Source: Antedon mediterranea (taxonomy: Eukaryota; Animalia; Echinodermata). From it: DNA of 64,000 nucleotides. The translations under genes were made by a program, and so were the position numbers. Below, one piece after another: positions 62,641 to 64,000 of the stretch. The stretch covers positions 8,980,201-9,044,200 of the forward strand of contig NC_092670.1 of NCBI RefSeq assembly GCF_964355755.1. The letters are read 5' to 3'. Positions within the stretch are counted from its first letter, which is position 1, and each line of letters begins with the position of its first letter. The notes beneath the pieces are model-generated. The model worked only from the letters and a program-made list of their open reading frames with translations, ran no database searches and was not told the origin of the DNA.

Positions 62641-63344
62641 TTTTTAAGATAGTGTTACAGTACATTTACCTTGATTAGCTAATAAAATCAAACCAATTTA
62701 ATGCTTTACTAAATGTATAGACTCAGTATTTGATATTACATGTTATAGGCATCAATAGGGATTACCACCAAGGGATTTAATGGTGTTTCTTGGTCACCTA
62801 GAACTTCTCAAATTATTGATTCTTACATTATTATTAAACTTAAAGGCAAGGTGCGGCCAAAACATTTCTATTGATCATACATTCCAATAATTATCGATCA
62901 ATAGTTTCCCCTATGTTTCATTATTTTTGGCATTTTATTTGTGTTACACGAACTTGTTGAAAATAAGCACTTTCTTATCAGTGTAGGGATAGTACAAATT
63001 TTGTAAATAGAGAGGCATTTTTAAAAAAAAGCTATGAAAAATAAACAGTTTAGTAAAAAATGTTATCAGATGACTAAATATAGGTAATATAACGTGAATT
63101 TTACTTTTTTTTTTATTCAATTTTAGAATTTTATTTTTATGCTATAGCAAAAATTATCCACCGTATATCCATCATCTTTTTTCACCTTTTAGGGAGTCAC
63201 CAGACATGTTATTACATTAGGTTAAACTACATAACTACTGAAAAAAAGTTTTTATGGCAGAATTTTGGCAAATATTTGATTTATGTACAAATTACCAGAT
63301 ATTATATTTAAAATTCATGCCTGTATCTAAGCTTTAAGGTTTGT

Positions 63345-63487
63345 CTACACTATCAAACTGTATGTGTCAAAAAATGTGATGTGCCCATATATGGACATGA
63401 TGATGTCATATCACTAACATATTTAAGCATAGCACTACCATATAAGGGCACATCAAACTTTTTTGACACATAAAGTTTGATAGTGTC
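63345..63487. mobile_element. Short palindromic MITE
   Basis: ACACTATCAAACT-TATGTGTCAAAAAA / TTTTTTGACACATAAAGTTTGATAGTGT inverted arms. Confidence 0.65.
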
Positions 63488-63831
63488 AATTCTTTTATAG
63501 AGACACACTCTTTTCTATCAGAGTTAAAATACAATCTTGCGGTTTAGTTGTTTCATGTGTGAATAAAACAAAAGATAGAGGCCTATATTCTTTGCTAACA
63601 CCTATCAGAGTAATAAGAGGAGGAGTTCCATTGGATGGTTGTAACTCAGATATGATGATTCAGATCAGCCACATTAAAAACTAAAAATTGAATAGAAAAA
63701 TGACCTTAATATAATGACAAATTAGGCCAAAACTATGAATAATTTTGTATATCCTAACACTTGATTTTCCCTAAAAAATATCAGTGAGTTTTTCCCACCA
63801 TAACACACGTCAAACTTTATACATTTTAAAG

Positions 63832-63960
63832 TGGTTGATGGGGGACTGTGGCAACATTTCACAATTTTATCCTGTGAGTGGTGAATATGTGATACAACCA
63901 AGTGAGGGAGGACCACAAATTAATGTGTACTGTGATATTAGGGAAGATGGAAAGTGGACG
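63832..63960 (+). CDS. DED-TM-FReD gene: first exon of a fibrinogen-related (FReD/FBG) domain; gene continues beyond window
   Basis: DCGNISQFYPVSGEYVIQPSEGGPQINVYCDIREDGKWT then GTAAGA; matches DC......SG.Y.I.P......VYCD....GGWT with the usual phase-0 intron after WT. Confidence 0.85.
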
Positions 63961-64000
63961 GTAAGACAACAGTTATCAAGAGTAAACCCATCTTTATTAA

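Overview
AT-rich, intron-containing animal genomic DNA, probably an echinoderm-like marine invertebrate (inferred from TE repertoire, TAGGCCTA enrichment and domain content; not proven). Most of the window is nested mobile DNA whose ends and target-site duplications (TSDs) can be read directly: CACTA/EnSpm, Kolobok, Mutator-like, hAT, P-like, Academ and Chapaev-like DNA transposons, Helentron-type HINEs, Gypsy and BEL/Pao LTR elements, LINE fragments, tRNA-SINEs and a Penelope-type hammerhead. Two host-type genes are visible on the + strand. One is a frameshifted MAM + EPTP/EAR-repeat gene (25.4-29.4 kb). The other is a phase-consistent multi-exon gene (51.4 kb to the window end) predicted to encode tandem death-effector-like domains, a transmembrane helix, a Ser/Thr stalk and a fibrinogen-related domain, i.e. 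a candidate type II membrane pattern-recognition receptor wired directly to death-fold signalling. Other highlights are a young BEL/Pao element whose pol is replaced in frame by an intronless coiled-coil host fragment (AKAP9/pericentrin-like), and three 30-42 bp palindromes with 7-bp TSDs that look like P-element excision footprints. No searches were run; family calls rest on recognised motifs and end structures.
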